Shown one piece after another: positions 12,948-27,029 of a stretch of 64,000 nt of DNA (the stretch's first letter is position 1; the number at the start of each line of letters is the position of its first letter). Source of the stretch: Octopus sinensis (lineage: Eukaryota); NCBI RefSeq assembly GCF_006345805.1, contig NC_042998.1, positions 38,688,001 to 38,752,000 on the forward strand, written 5' to 3'. The translations under genes and the position numbers were made by a program. Below the pieces are notes generated by a model that was not told the DNA's origin, did not search any database, and saw nothing but the letters and a program-made list of their open reading frames with translations.

Positions 12948-14112
12948 GTTGTTGTTATGCTATTACACTGTGTTGATACCGTAACCGGTTAGATGGTGCT
13001 GTCAATCGATATAGTCAACTGTTCTCCTAACACAAAATTACGGGCAAATGACTGTGTATTATTATCGTTGTGTGAACAGGTCGATCTTCTAGCGATTGAT
13101 TATGACGAGTGACCAAACCATAAAAAAAAATGACTAAAAGTACATCAGTTTCTTCTCTTTTCTCTTTTCTTTTTCTTCTTGTTTTTCTGTATCTCAAAGA
13201 CCATCTTCTGAATCCGAGCTGTTGCTAACATGGCCATCTACCGAAAAATATTTGTGCCTTTCTGAATAACAAGTTTCACGATCGGTGTTTTTACTTTAGC
13301 CATTGCTGTCTCCAACTCATTCCTTTCTGTCATTTCTCTCTTAAAGTTTGATTCTGCTTTGTTTTCTCCCCCCCCCCACTTTTTTTTCAAGCACACTTTT
13401 ATCAAAATGTGATGAGCCATGAAATATCTGATAACAATGAAAGAACATCGTTTTCTCTCATGGATTTTTTTGTTTTGGATGTTGAAATACCGAAGTAGTT
13501 TTACTTCATTTCACCCTAACACTACGCCAGATCAGTGCTTAATTCCACTTCCTTCTTTTGTTCAGTTTATTTTCCGCTCAACATCCAAAGCATAATTCTA
13601 GGAATGTTATCACGTCACCTTTTATTCTTTTTTCTTCTTCTTTTTTTTTTTTATTTGCTTAAGTACTGCACTGGCGATGTGGTTAACTGTCTCCTATTTT
13701 TCCATTTCATATAATGGTAACTACTCTTTTGTCGACGGTATATTTCACATGATTCTTGAGGATTGTTCTCATGCTACACATATTAAAACGTCACTTTCAA
13801 CCTTTGCCTAATCTTCACATCTATTCCAAAAAGGCTTCACTCTCCATGTTCCTCATAAATTTGCCACGCATTTTCTCCATCCATTTTTGTCTGTTTCTTC
13901 AACTCTTCTGACAACCATTTTTTTCAATAATAATGCGTTCGTGTGAATAGGTTTGGAATCGATCTAGAGTAGTTTGAATAAAACTAACAGTAACAAAGTT
14001 ACAGATAGAACTTTAATTCTTTTATTTGTTCTGCCATTGGGCAGCGGCTATGCTGGTGCACTACTTTGAAGGTTTTCGTACCATGGCACTGAACTCGAAA
14101 CCATTATATACA

Positions 14113-14196
<84 letters not shown>

Positions 14197-14940
14197 TTTT
14201 GCTTGTTTCAGCCAAAGGCTGCAGCCACGCTGGAGCAAAGCCTTTAGTTTCAATGTTTTTATTTCACACTTTCCGACTTTCTTCCTTCAACTGTTTCTAG
14301 TGAAGTAGCAAGTTGGACAGAGATGTTCTTCTTCGTGTTTCCAGCCGCAATGTGGGTTCATCTGGTATATAAAAATTTGCCCCAATTTGTTTTTTTACAG
14401 TAACGTATCCTTACTGTAGAATTGGAGAACGGCATCTTTGGCACAATGCAGTGGGGCCCAGTTCAGTGGTTGGTATAGTTTTCGGTCCCAAAATTCATAG
14501 TTACACCTTCCATATATCTATCTATCTATCTTTGTATGTGTGTATATATATATATATATATGCACATATATATGTATATATGTGTGTGTGTTTGTGTGTG
14601 TGTATGTGTGTGTGTGTGCGTGTGTGTGTGTGTGTATGTATCTATATATACACACACACACACACATAGCTGTTCCTGCTATGAAATACTGTAATGGACT
14701 CTTAGTTGAGTGTCTGGAAAATATTCTATAGCTACATCGGTGGGGAAAAAAAATATATATATAAATGTGTATATAAATGTGTATATATATAAATTTATGC
14801 TCAAAAGGCAATTTGATTTATCGGTAAAAATAGCAGCAAGCATATATTTATGCACACGCGTGCAAGCACTCATAAAACGCACGCATACACACAGCGCACA
14901 AATACATGGCGCGCGCGCATGCGCATGCATTTATATATAT

Positions 14941-14989
<49 letters not shown>

Positions 14990-14992
<3 letters not shown>

Positions 14993-15114
14993 TAAATTAC
15001 GGTATCTACGAGATACCACCATGTTGAAAATAGCAGCCATGATCCGACTCTAAAACCGCGGATCATGGCTGCTATTTTCAGCATGGTTGTATCTCGTAGA
15101 TACCCAAATTTATA
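14990..15114. repeat. Palindromic Penelope-like pLTR fragment
   Basis: Arms 14990-15046 and ~15059-15114. Same family as 1557-1888. Confidence 0.75.
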
Positions 15115-15254
15115 TTGGGGAACGGCATCTTTGGCACAATGCAGTGGCGCCTAGTTCGGTGGTTGGTATAGTTTTCGGTCCCAAAATTCATAGTTACACC
15201 TTCCATATATCTATCTATCTATCTTTGTATGTGTGTGTATATATATATATGTAC

Positions 15255-15287
<33 letters not shown>

Positions 15288-15295
15288 ATATATAT

Positions 15296-15305
15296 GTGTG
15301 TGTGT

Positions 15306-15342
<37 letters not shown>

Positions 15343-15964
15343 CTATATATACACACGCACGCACACACACACACACACACACATAGCTGTTCCTGCTATA
15401 AGATGCAGTGGACTCTTAGTTGAGTGTCTGGAAAACATCATGGTTGCTATTTTCAGCATGGTGGTAGCTCGTAGATACCCAAATTTATAATTTTAATAAT
15501 TATTACCTTTGAAGGTTATTTTTTCCATGCTGGCCACTTGATAAAATCGTTCTTTTATTTTAAATTAACGATCTTATCCTTATATTTATTTATATATATA
15601 TATTGCATATATCGATTGAACAGAGATTTTCTTACGGACTAGTTTCCTAGTTGCGAGATCAATAATTGTATAACACTATATTTTATATATATTGGAAGCG
15701 AGGTCAGACTAATGCCGTGCCTGGCGAGCGAGTGCCCAACACTGAAGTGATCCAATAAGATCGAATTATGTAATCTGGTGATCTTGGAGCTAGGTAGGCA
15801 AAAGAGTGCAATGCATATAGAGTGCGAGAGCGTACTGAATAAAACAGCTGAAGGAGATGTCTTCCTTAGGTTAAAATAGCAGTGTCATCGGTTCTTATAG
15901 AGCGCCCACGTTAAAGTGGCGGTAAACACTATTGGTGTGTGTGTGAGTGTGTGTGTGTGTGTGT

Positions 15965-16001
<37 letters not shown>

Positions 16002-16593
16002 CTATATATACACACGCACGCACACACACACACACACACACATAGCTGTTCCTGCTATAAGATGCAGTGGACTCTTAGTTGAGTGTCTGGAAAACATCAT
16101 GGTTGCTATTTTCAGCATGGTGGTAGCTCGTAGATACCCAAATTTATAATTTTAATAATTATTACCTTTGAAGGTTATTTTTTCCATGCTGGCCACTTGA
16201 TAAAATCGTTCTTTTATTTTAAATTAACGATCTTATCCTTATATTTATTTATATATATATATTGCATATATCGATTGAACAGAGATTTTCTTACGGACTA
16301 GTTTCCTAGTTGCGAGATCAATAATTGTATAACACTATATTTTATATATATTGGAAGCGAGGTCAGACTAATGCCGTGCCTGGCGAGCGAGTGCCCAACA
16401 CTGAAGTGATCCAATAAGATCGAAATTATGTAATCTGGTGATCTTGGAGCTAGGTAGGCAAAAGAGTGCAATGCATATAGAGTGCGAGAGCGTACTGAAT
16501 AAAACAGCTGAAGGAGATGTCTTCCTTAGGTTAAAATAGCAGTGTCATCGGTTCTTATAGAGCGCCCACGTTAAAGTGGCGGTAAACACTATT

Positions 16594-16599
<6 letters not shown>
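15296..16599 (+). repeat. Near-identical tandem duplication, unit 659-660 bp
   Basis: catagctgttcc at 15382 and 16041. The only non-microsatellite difference I found is cgaattatg vs cgaaattatg. Confidence 0.92.
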
Positions 16600-16627
<28 letters not shown>

Positions 16628-16628
<1 letters not shown>

Positions 16629-16858
16629 TGGTCCACTTCACTCAGCTGTGTAAATGAGTTGCGACGTTACTGGTGCCCAGCTGCATCGGCTTTTACTTTT
16701 CCCTTGGATAACATCAATGGCCTGGAGAGGGGAGGCGGTTGGTATGCACGGGCGACTGCTAGTCTTCTATAAACAACCTTGCCTACACTTGTGCCTTGAA
16801 GAGCAGCGTTCTTGGTGGAATACCATTGTTATTAATGACTGAAGGGACTCTTTACCCT
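16628..16858 (+). mobile_element. SINE-like 3' body fragment
   Basis: GC-richer block gtccacttcactcagctgtgtaaatgag...ggagaggggaggc between microsatellites. Head not present. Confidence 0.5.
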
Positions 16859-16887
16859 ATTTATATCGCTTGAATATATATATATCG

Positions 16888-17073
16888 CCATGATAAATCG
16901 TTAGCCAGTACACACATTTTTTTCTCTCATTGTTTTCTTTTTCTGTGTCCCTTTCTGTAGAAGAGCGTAGGCTCGAAACGTAAAAGACTTTTTCTATTCC
17001 TGAACGTTATACTAATACATCTGTTTGTGTTGTACACCACCTGTCTTCGTCTTTTGCTTTTTTCGTAAAATCT

Positions 17074-17077
<4 letters not shown>
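16888..17077 (+). mobile_element. Short Penelope-like element with variant hammerhead (16951-16986)
   Basis: cttt-CTGTAGAA-gagc(gtag)gctc-GAAA-cg-TA-aaag. Homologous inverted copies at 32044-32207 and 58311-58519. (TA)n flanks. Confidence 0.7.
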
Positions 17078-17125
<48 letters not shown>

Positions 17126-18281
17126 CATATATCAAGATGTGTGTGTGTGTTAATATAATCTGGGTATTAACGTCATAGTGTGCTTTTCAAAGCTCTTCTC
17201 TGGGTATCAGCCACCGCCGAATGTAGCATGAATTCTTCTGTTACTGGATATACATGTGGAAATCCACAAATCCACAAATCCCCGTAGCCTATAAAAAGTT
17301 AATACGCAAAGATGGACTGAGCAGGCTTTAGTACATATTACTACAGTTGTTTCAACACATCATTAACGGCTGTTAATTGTTGGATGTTGCATATATTATA
17401 TACAATTGTGAATTAATATGATTCAACAACAGCTGTGTATATGCGCACCCTAGGCTACTCAAAATCAAAACACGGCTATATTATCTTTAGATTCTGTACA
17501 TTTTATATACTCGTACCGAAATAGTATCTTTAGTATTCCTCTGACAATGAAAAAAAAAGGAAATACGAAGCGATACAAATGGGAAAAAAAAAGAGAACAT
17601 CAAAAATAAATTGAGGGAAATAAATACTGAAGAATTACCCGTCTCTTGTGTCTGTTACTATTCCGCTTCACAGATCTCAAGTAGTTGAAATTAGCACACT
17701 GCTTTGGGTATTGATTCCCATAGAGAGTGAATACAGACAGTAGGATCTAACGAAGGACTTAATTAAAATAATCATCCGAAGGATGATAGTAATTACGCAA
17801 TATGTTGCTTATATTATCTCTCCAATTTACTCAGGGTGTAACGAAGTGTGGGAAACGTATTGAATTTTAAATGAATAATGTCGTTCAATCTATTTTCTAT
17901 TATTATTCATCTATTTATACGGAATCTATGCAATTACTGTCTCATTACATGATGACATCAGGTAGCCAATAACTGTGGATGAGCTTCGCACAGCTTTTAC
18001 CCATATCCTAACTATACATGAATGTATATACATATTTATATATATATATATATGTCCGCATGTGTAAGAGCGTAACACGCGCGTAAAAGTATGTGTTTGT
18101 ATATGTATAAGACATAAGATAATTATGTAGATATGTATATATGGATGTGAATCCTAATAATGAACGTCTAAATCTAAAATTACCCGCCTCTGCTGATATT
18201 CAGTTTGCATATTGTTAAAGAAATTTAGATTCATACAATTGCGATTTTCTTTATCCAACATAATGACGCAATGTATCTACT

Positions 18282-18700
18282 TTACACTACAAAACACTTG
18301 GCGTTCGTTTCTTGCATATCATATTCATGCAGTGAGGCTGTTATCAGGCAAGCAGAAGGAGCTTTATCATTAATCTCTGAGTTCGATATCCTTTCACCAA
18401 AACCCTTATCAGCATAGCTCATATGGTACGACTCAAATGATAACCAAACAATAGTTACGAGTGATATATGTTCTATTACTGTAATAATGAGTCTGTCCAT
18501 TTCGATGGCTTCCTTGAAATTAGCAAATACACGTTGATACGTTTGTATTATATAATTTCGTATATTCAGACAAACGTCTCTCATCCAATATTGATCTGAA
18601 ATCTTTATGCTACTATGATTCCATGATACGACATTAGATTCATGTGCTATGTCGTGCATAAAATGTCATATAATTTGCTTTCATTGCAATTTTATGTATA
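18282..18700 (-). pseudogene. Possible decayed piggyBac-like transposase remnant
   Basis: ORF with ISDQYWMRD and FESYHMSYADKGFGERI weakly resembles piggyBac DYWS and GLGERVV motifs. No TIR or TTAA structure found. Confidence 0.25.
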
Positions 18701-19530
18701 AGAAACATCTAATCTCTCTTTGTGAGAACTTTATCTTTGTAAACTAATCTCGTATCTTTCACTGCGATAACCACTGTCATATTTAGGATAATGAAGTTAA
18801 TTGAATTTGATGAAGAAGACTCTTTGTGTTTAGTTATATAGATATAGTGCAGCAACAGCAAACCAGCTGAACTTTAATTTCAAATATTTACGAAACTCAT
18901 GAGTCAACAAGCCTAATCAATGAAATATAGCCACATGCAGCAGAATCTGTCAGAAAGTTGCGGTGGTTTGCAGTAGTTGCAGACGGCACAAGAGAGAATA
19001 CCAATTATCAAGAGTAGGAGAGGGAATAAGTTGTAGGTGCAATAGCAGCAGCAGCAGCAGTAGTAGTAGTGGAACAACATTAGATAATGTTATAGTAGCA
19101 ATCTGGACTGTTGTCGAAGGTATGCTCATGCCTGAATGAATCTAAACTAACGGCCAGATCTACTGTTCTTGCCATTATCTTTGCTAAGACAATAAGTATA
19201 AAAGTAAATTACTCGCGGGAAAATTAAGACTGGCCCGTATTGTAGTTGTAGTCGATAGTAATTACTGCTATCGATCTACATTAGATGCTCATCAGGAATT
19301 CCTAATGATGCGTAGAAAGCTTAAATTCTTCGGCCAGTTTAGGTTACTGATAGAAGAGCACCCGCCTGCACAGTTCACTGGTACTCTACAAAGAAACCTA
19401 GATATTTGGAATCAAGTTCCAAGTTCTTTACTCGTGTAAATCCATCTGGATTTCATGTATCTAAAACATACCCTTGATGCAGATAGCAATTATACACTGG
19501 AAGAGTAAGTAGTATTCAAATAAAAATACC

Positions 19531-19695
19531 CCGCAGACGTCACTGTGTAGCAAAAAGTCTCTTCCCAACCACACGGTTCCGAGTTCAGTCCTACTGCTTG
19601 GCAACTTGTTCAAGTGTCTTGCTTCACTATAGCTCCGAGTCGACCAAATCCTTGTGGATTGATCTTTGTTTGACGGAAACTCAGATGCCCGTCGT
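19531..19695 (+). mobile_element. SINE family B, 5' part
   Basis: cttcccaaccacacggttccgagttcagtcc...gacggaaactcagatgcccgtcg. Confidence 0.8.
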
Positions 19696-19730
19696 GTGTG
19701 TGTATGTGTTTGTATGTGTGTGTATATATA

Positions 19731-19795
<65 letters not shown>

Positions 19796-21377
19796 TATAT
19801 ATGATGGACTCTCTCCCGTCGTTAGACGACGTATGAGGGTTCAGCAATTTCTTGCTAAACAACCACACAGATGGATTTGTTTATAGTGATCAAATATTTG
19901 TGTAGACATAGGCTCCCCCCTCCAGCATGTTCTCAATTTTTGAGTTGGGAAGAAGTGTACAAATAAGTTGTCATCAAAACAATTCACAAAAATGTCCAGC
20001 AATAAGACATATTCAACTAGCTTGGCTGTAGAGAAAACCGAAAATAACCTTATATTAAAAATCCCTTTTTTCTGTTTCTCTGTCATTCTTTCTCCCTCCC
20101 TCACCTTCTTTCCCCCTCCTGATCTTAGACAATAAATCAACGTCAACATTTGGTTAGCTCAACCCCAGAAAGATGAAAGAAAACTTGACCGTTAGGAAGA
20201 TTTAAACCCAGAACAATTAAAACAACGGCCGCATACCGCAAATCATTTTATCTGACATCGTAACATCTTTGCTAGAACACCTCCATTTTGATTTTTCTTT
20301 CTTTCTTTATCCTTTAAGCAAAAAGAGGGACACTGCCCATCCCATTTCATAGGGCTCGTGAGACTGACGGCAGAGAACTAGGAAACTATCTTCAAATCAG
20401 AAAATATAAACACTGTATGGAACATACTTTGGTTATTCTTTCGTTTCTGTCAATTTGTCACGTGACTGACAAGCGTTTCATTAAATGCCAGTGTTTACTT
20501 AAAGTCCAACAATATATCATTTGGCAACTTTGATGTTTCCAAGAAGACGCTGGATGTTATTTAACTAATAGCTTCCACAATCGATGATCGAACTAATTTG
20601 GAGCCTACCTACTTACGTGCATTTCACTAAGTGTTTTTCAATTTAAATACTTACTACTTACATATTTCTCTGCTAAACACCATAAATATAAGCTGATGAT
20701 CACATAGTATTAAGCAAACATATTAAAAGGCAATTGTATTGTTTATTCATGTTCTAGTTGTTAGCTTTCTTCTAATTGCTGTTTTCATTTTTTGTGTTTT
20801 TCTTTGTCGGGAAAAAGCTTCTTTGTTTCGTTTAAAAGAAGAATATATTGAATAAATTAGAGAAACAACAAACTATCACAAATGCAAATTGAAGCAAATG
20901 TTTATTTCATTCTTTGTTATTTTTGCTTCTGTTCTTTTAATAAAAGCATGTGCACGGCAAGTACAATGCATCGAATTTCCAATTAAGTTTTTGCAAATGA
21001 ATGTTAATTTGTAATTTCTCATTATGCGCCACGATTTGGTTAGTGATAACAAGAAACTAAATATGAAAATGAGAATGATTAAAATTCATATTTCATTTCA
21101 AGATTATAAAGACAAAGAAAATATCGCTACAAAATTTTATTGTTTATTAAATGGATATCAGTAATGATATAGCCCAATTATTACAAACTTAATAATGGTG
21201 TGATAAGAAACCACACTGCACAATACTAAACTTGCTACTGAATTTAATACGAAAAAACTGTATCTTGACAACACAATTATAATGAATGAAACTCCTTACT
21301 GTATATATTTATTCCTTTGTTACTTTGTATTAAAAATCCTGTAAGGAATAAATCTTGATTAAAGGATCTCTATATAT

Positions 21378-22254
21378 AAAGGGTGGGTGGAAAGTAATTA
21401 GGCATTAGAAATTGCTTATAGAACTTTTAGTATCACTGAAGTCATGACGAAAACACTTTTTAAACAAACAATACTAATGGGGAGTTTTTGATTTTCTTAT
21501 TGTCTTATTTCTTATTTTCCACATGGCCAGTTGCTTGACTGTTCAGGAGAAATCTAAGATAGCAGCATGCTATGAAGTGTGGAATTCCATTGTTTTGGTT
21601 CAGAGATGGTGGCATGCATGGAAAGGCAAGCATGCAAATACTACGTCCGGAGACAATAAGTTGTCGTGCAAAACTCTGTGAACGATGCAAGAAGAAGTAG
21701 TCGTCGAACCACATCCTGATCAGCGGAGGACGTGGCAACAGTGCAGGAAATGTTTAATAGCAGGCCGCAAAAATCAACACGTCAAACAGCTCGTGAGAGT
21801 GAACTAACAGGACACACAATACCTATGGTGTTGCATAAAGAATTGAATTTTCGTCCGAGGAAACCCCATTATGTGCAGGAGCTAAAACCTGAAGACTGTG
21901 ACGTCAGAAGTTCAGAACTCCAAGAAGTCCAGATGTCACTCCACTAACACTGTGGTGTTACACAAAAGAAGATGTGTACAAGACAAAACCTCGCACGCTG
22001 GAGGACATTGAGACACGGATTCAGGAGATTCTCTGTGATATCGCAGACGACGTCCTTCGGAAGGTTGTTCATTCCATCCCTGACCGTTTGAGGAAACTGG
22101 TCGATGCCACCGATGCTTACGTTGAAATATGAAGATTTACTTTCATTTTCCCATGTAATAAAGAATATATATCATTTGTTTCAATAAATTTGTAAAAGGA
22201 ATATGGATTTTAGCAGCAGTTTTTAATGCCTACTTACTTTTCACCCACCCTCTG
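21378..22254 (+). mobile_element. Internally deleted Tc1/mariner DNA transposon
   Basis: TIRs agggtgggtggaaagtaattaggcattagaaattgct and the reverse complement of 22215-22254, in TA context. Transposase pieces FNSRPQKSTRQTARE..LNFRPRKPHYVQEL and RSPDVTPL..VYKTKPRTLEDI..RLRKLVDATDAYVEI*. Confidence 0.9.
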
Positions 22255-22271
22255 TACATAACATAAAATGT

Positions 22272-22415
22272 AAAGCGGCGAGCTGGCAGAATCGTTAATA
22301 CGCCGAACAAAATACTTAGCGACATTTTGTCTGTCTTTACGTTCTGGGATCAAATTTTGCCGAGGTCGATAAAATGAGTACGAATTGAAAAGTGGGGTCC
22401 ATCTAATCGACTTAC
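22272..22415 (+). mobile_element. SINE family A
   Basis: gcggcgagctggcagaatcgttaatacgccg...gccgaggtcgataaaatgagtac. Confidence 0.8.
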
Positions 22416-22479
22416 CCAATTTCCCGAGAAATTACTGGCTTTCTGTTGTACGCGTTTCGTGACGTCCTGTGCCCACATA

Positions 22480-22537
<58 letters not shown>

Positions 22538-22859
22538 TATATGTATATATATATATATATATATACGTATAGATCTAAGTATGTACATATACGTATGTAT
22601 ATGTGCATATATATATATATATAATATATATATATATATTATATATATATTATTTATATTATTGCGCATCCTCTCCCAAATAAGTTTCATCTTAATGATT
22701 CTGATGCGCACTCTATACGATCTTTTTACCTCTTCTTTCTCTTATTCTTTTGCCTCCTCTTCTGCCAGTATTCTATCCTCTTACTCTGTCCCTCTCCCTC
22801 ACTCCTCCCTTGCTCACGCGCCTCCCACGTGACCATCGGCCAACTTTCTTCTAACTTGT

Positions 22860-23250
22860 GTCTCTTTCTCTCCGTTATAGCTGGAACAAAGAAGACGTGT
22901 TCTTGTCTGTCTCCTGTCCAAGCTTGATTTACGCGTTCGCCACCACAACCTCGCTTAAGCTTAGCAGCCCTTCCTGTTTGTATTACAAATTTTGACCCTC
23001 CACAAAACCCCCAAATTTTATTTAATTTGCTTTGCAGGAGCAACTGTTTTATCGAAAGCGTATATTGTTGTTAATGCTCGAAATACGAGACTAGAAAAAC
23101 CGCCAACAACTGACGAAGGGTCGTTTTTTATGTTGTTTGTTTTGTTTTCCCTTTGTTTCTTTCGTTGTTCGAAAAAATAGTTCATGTTCCATGTACTCGT
23201 GCTTCGTATTTTCTGTTGTACACGTTTCGTGGCGTCCTGTGCCCACATAT
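22860..23250. mobile_element. Unclassified short repeat ending in (TA)n, probably Penelope-related
   Basis: Terminus ttctgttgtacacgtttcgtggcgtcctgtgcccacatat is also at 22441-22480. Related blocks at ~505-625 and ~42700-42797. Contains gagca...tgctc-GAAA and CTGACGA. Confidence 0.5.
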
Positions 23251-23308
23251 GTATACATATATATACACGTATAGATGTGTGTACATATACGGATGTATAT
23301 ATGCATAA

Positions 23309-23353
<45 letters not shown>

Positions 23354-23386
23354 AATGAAAATAAGCAACAGGATATCAAGCAGTGA

Positions 23387-23472
23387 TGCAGTACGACCGT
23401 TTCAAGCGGCTCCATTTAATTGAACAATGCAATCATTACATCAATTTAAATTCAGTGCCATCTTCAGCTGCA
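23387..23472 (-). ncRNA. Type I hammerhead motif with long helix II
   Basis: Minus strand tgcag-CTGAAGA-tggc...gctt-GAAA-cggtc-GTA-ctgca. Perfect 5-bp helix I. Homologous to 28745-28836. Confidence 0.75.
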
Positions 23473-24077
23473 CAAATAAATAAATAGAATTTTAACCAGT
23501 CGCACACATTAATATAATTTTTCTCAAATATTTTAACCGAGCTGGATGGAAGAAATTCATGTCGCTATTGTAGCTAAGAATAGACTACACTTCCAAGACT
23601 CGCTTGAAGCCTATTGGGCTGATAGTGTTGTAAGGCATTGTAATTCATTTCTAATTCATTTATCTCTTTATCAACTACTAAATCTAGACTGAGAGACTGT
23701 GTCTATTTTGAATAAAGGACAAGAGTGAGTCGACAGCTCATGGCTAGGTATGGTCGTAAGCATTATCATGTGTATCCCTTTTCCTCAGGTAGGAAAGGAA
23801 TACATATGGTAATATCTATGACCATACATAGCCATGAACTGTCAACTCACTCTTGTCCCGAAACCAGGACTGGCCTATTGGTCCCGTCGCTAGAAAGTAG
23901 GGGTCCGCTCCCCTGACGCAATTTTATCGGATGCAGCTGTGCATCGTTAACCAACTAGAGGAGATGTCCTATTGAGGTTAAAAAATTGCAGTAGAGTCCG
24001 CTCTAACGGACAGCCATGTTAAAGTGGCTACAAAGATTACTTTTATGTACGTGTGTATATATATGTATATATGTATG

Positions 24078-24192
<115 letters not shown>

Positions 24193-24643
24193 TGGGTGTG
24201 CACACACACACACATATATATATATAGGCTACTTTGGACTTTTTCTATTAGAGGTTTCTTTTAACACCCAATATTCTACAAGTTATTATTTATAGATTTA
24301 TATACTTCAAATTCCATCTTTAAAATGATAGATATACCGATATATAATTTTAAAGATGGTGCATGAAGTAGATAAATCTATAATAACATGTAGAATATTG
24401 GGTGTTAAAAGGAACCTCTGATAGAAAAAGGGTCGAAAGTAGCCTTTGACTTGCCAATGCCAGCAGATTTTTAACTCCATATTTTGCATGTCATTAGTTA
24501 TAGCTTTATCTACTTCCTCTTCCACCATAACCAAGAACTCGAAGCTTCTAAAACATGAAATATTCCTATTATGTACGCAATATCTATATCTATCTAATGT
24601 AATCTATATATCTATTATACATATATGTGCATATATATCTGTG

Positions 24644-24684
<41 letters not shown>

Positions 24685-25147
24685 CCGCATATATCAGTCG
24701 GTAAGTACGATCTAAAGATTCCAGGTATGAAAAGTTAGTAAGCTTTATGCAGTGGGCAGCTTGTGTAGAGACTAAAACCAAAAGGACAGTATACGATAAA
24801 ATATATTTAATAGCATCGTAAGATGCACACTTCTTTCCGTATCAAAGTTAAAAGGAATTTCGATAAGCTTATTGTTTCCATAGAACTGGCGTTCTAGCAA
24901 TAACGCTGCTAAGAATGCAAACAAGTATCAAAAAATTTCTAAGGAGTAGAACCAATAGAATATCATCTGAAATTGTCTCATTACTATCTGAAGTTCGTTA
25001 CACAAGTATTAATGATCATAACGCAGCATAGGTAATCTTCACGCCGTAGTTACCTCGACGAAATTTACATTACAGCAAGATGTAAACAAGGAGTCAACAA
25101 TTAAAAATGGCCACTTGAAGAAATAGAAATATAACGTCGAAAACAAA

Positions 25148-25495
25148 ATAAAACGAGCATCAGAGAGTGCAAACCTCCGCCAAGACAACACCAACGCCCT
25201 CTTAACGATTAGCCAGAGATGATTTTTAAAGTGAGAATATCTGAAATAAACACGACTGCTCTCACAAACGAGAATACTAAAAATGAACCCGACTGCTCTC
25301 AAAAATTAAGTAAAAAAAACGAGAACATAATCCAGAATCCTTCCTTGTCCGGTAACCAGATCGATCCCAAAATTTAATCAGTTCGTATCAGTTACAAGGC
25401 CAAGGCCAAACATCACTGAAAGTTTCAACCGAATCCATTCAGCGGTTCTCGAGATATCTTGTCCATGGGCAAACAAACATGACTGAAAACAATTG
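25148..25495 (+). mobile_element. Helentron-associated (HINE/DINE-like) non-autonomous element
   Basis: Start aaacgagcatcagagagtgcaaacctccgccaag. Body aaagtttcaaccgaatccattcagcggttctcgagatatc..aaacaaac..gaaaacaat. 3' hairpin missing. Confidence 0.65.
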
Positions 25496-25582
25496 GTTAT
25501 TGTGAAGAGGACGATTTATTTTCTATTATTATCATTATTATTATTATTATTATATTATTATTATTATTATTATTACTATTAC

Positions 25583-25622
<40 letters not shown>

Positions 25623-26381
25623 TGTATAGATATACATATATGCGCACGTGCGCGCGCATCTAATGAGAGTTAAACTGAAAGTTAGACAAATAGCTAGAGA
25701 TAGCGAGACAGACAGTTGTAATACTGCATACATTGGTGTAATTTGTCATTAAGAATAAAACTGGTTTGAAGAGTTCGAATCCTGCATTATTTCTGGTCTG
25801 TACAAACAAGAATGTCTCCTTTCGTTTGTATCCATGTGGCAAAGAGCGCAAAATATTTGAAACAATTGTTGATAAAGCCAAAACTTAATATCAAAACAGA
25901 GATACAACATTCTCTGATATCTCGGTGCAATGACAAAAGTTGTGGCAGACATTTATTTCTACCATGCTGGTTATTATATCAACATAAACACAGGGGGAAA
26001 AAACGACTTCCAAATGCAAATATAAAATGTTCGAGTAGAAATCTGATTTAGTGTAGCAACTGCCCGACTTTTGATGAAATATTTATTGACTTGACTGGAA
26101 ATTCATTATCATAACAAATCTCCAAGCATCAGATACTATGTAAAAAGCCCATTCTATGAAAACTGCCAATAACAGATCTGGACAGAAAATTAAATATATT
26201 TATTGGGAATCAATAATAATAACCGCGCTTACATGAGAACACTTCTTTGTAACTTAACACCTCACAATCAATATACACATGTATACATACGTGATAGACT
26301 CACACAAACATATTACATATATGTATATACATATGTGTGTATGTGTATGCATGTATGTGTATACATATATATGTATGTGTG

Positions 26382-26429
<48 letters not shown>

Positions 26430-26613
26430 CGCGCGCACACATAGATACACCCGCACACTTATACACTACATGCTCACAAAAATATCATATTAAACATGAC
26501 AACAAAAGCATGCGTATAGTTCCAAACATGCTCAACACCGTAGACAGACGTACCGATACACACACACTCATTCACTCACTCACAATACAATACAATACAT
26601 ACATACATACATA

Positions 26614-26678
<65 letters not shown>

Positions 26679-26983
26679 TATTCCAAATGTGTAAAAACAG
26701 TAACGGGAACTTTGAGACAGCAAGATACTACTGGAATAACACGATCTTTTCAGTGATGGGGGAAACAGCTGATTGCTTCATGAAAGATGAATGAAAACAA
26801 CCGATTAAATAATTGGTTAGTAGTTTACTCATTTGAAGAATAAGAATAAAACAAAGTGAAACGGAACCAGTGCGTGTGCTTTACTGGAAAAATTACCCTC
26901 GCAACTGACAACATATATGTGTTGTGTGTGAGTAGATGTATGTATGCATGTATATATAAATATATATATACCTATATATATAT

Positions 26984-27029
<46 letters not shown>

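Noticed and set aside
15625-15660. Isolated hammerhead 3' halves (GAAACTAGTC here on the minus strand; also ~4697, ~22450 and ~40400)
   Set aside because: No matching CTGANGA and helix I partner found, so they cannot be called ribozymes.
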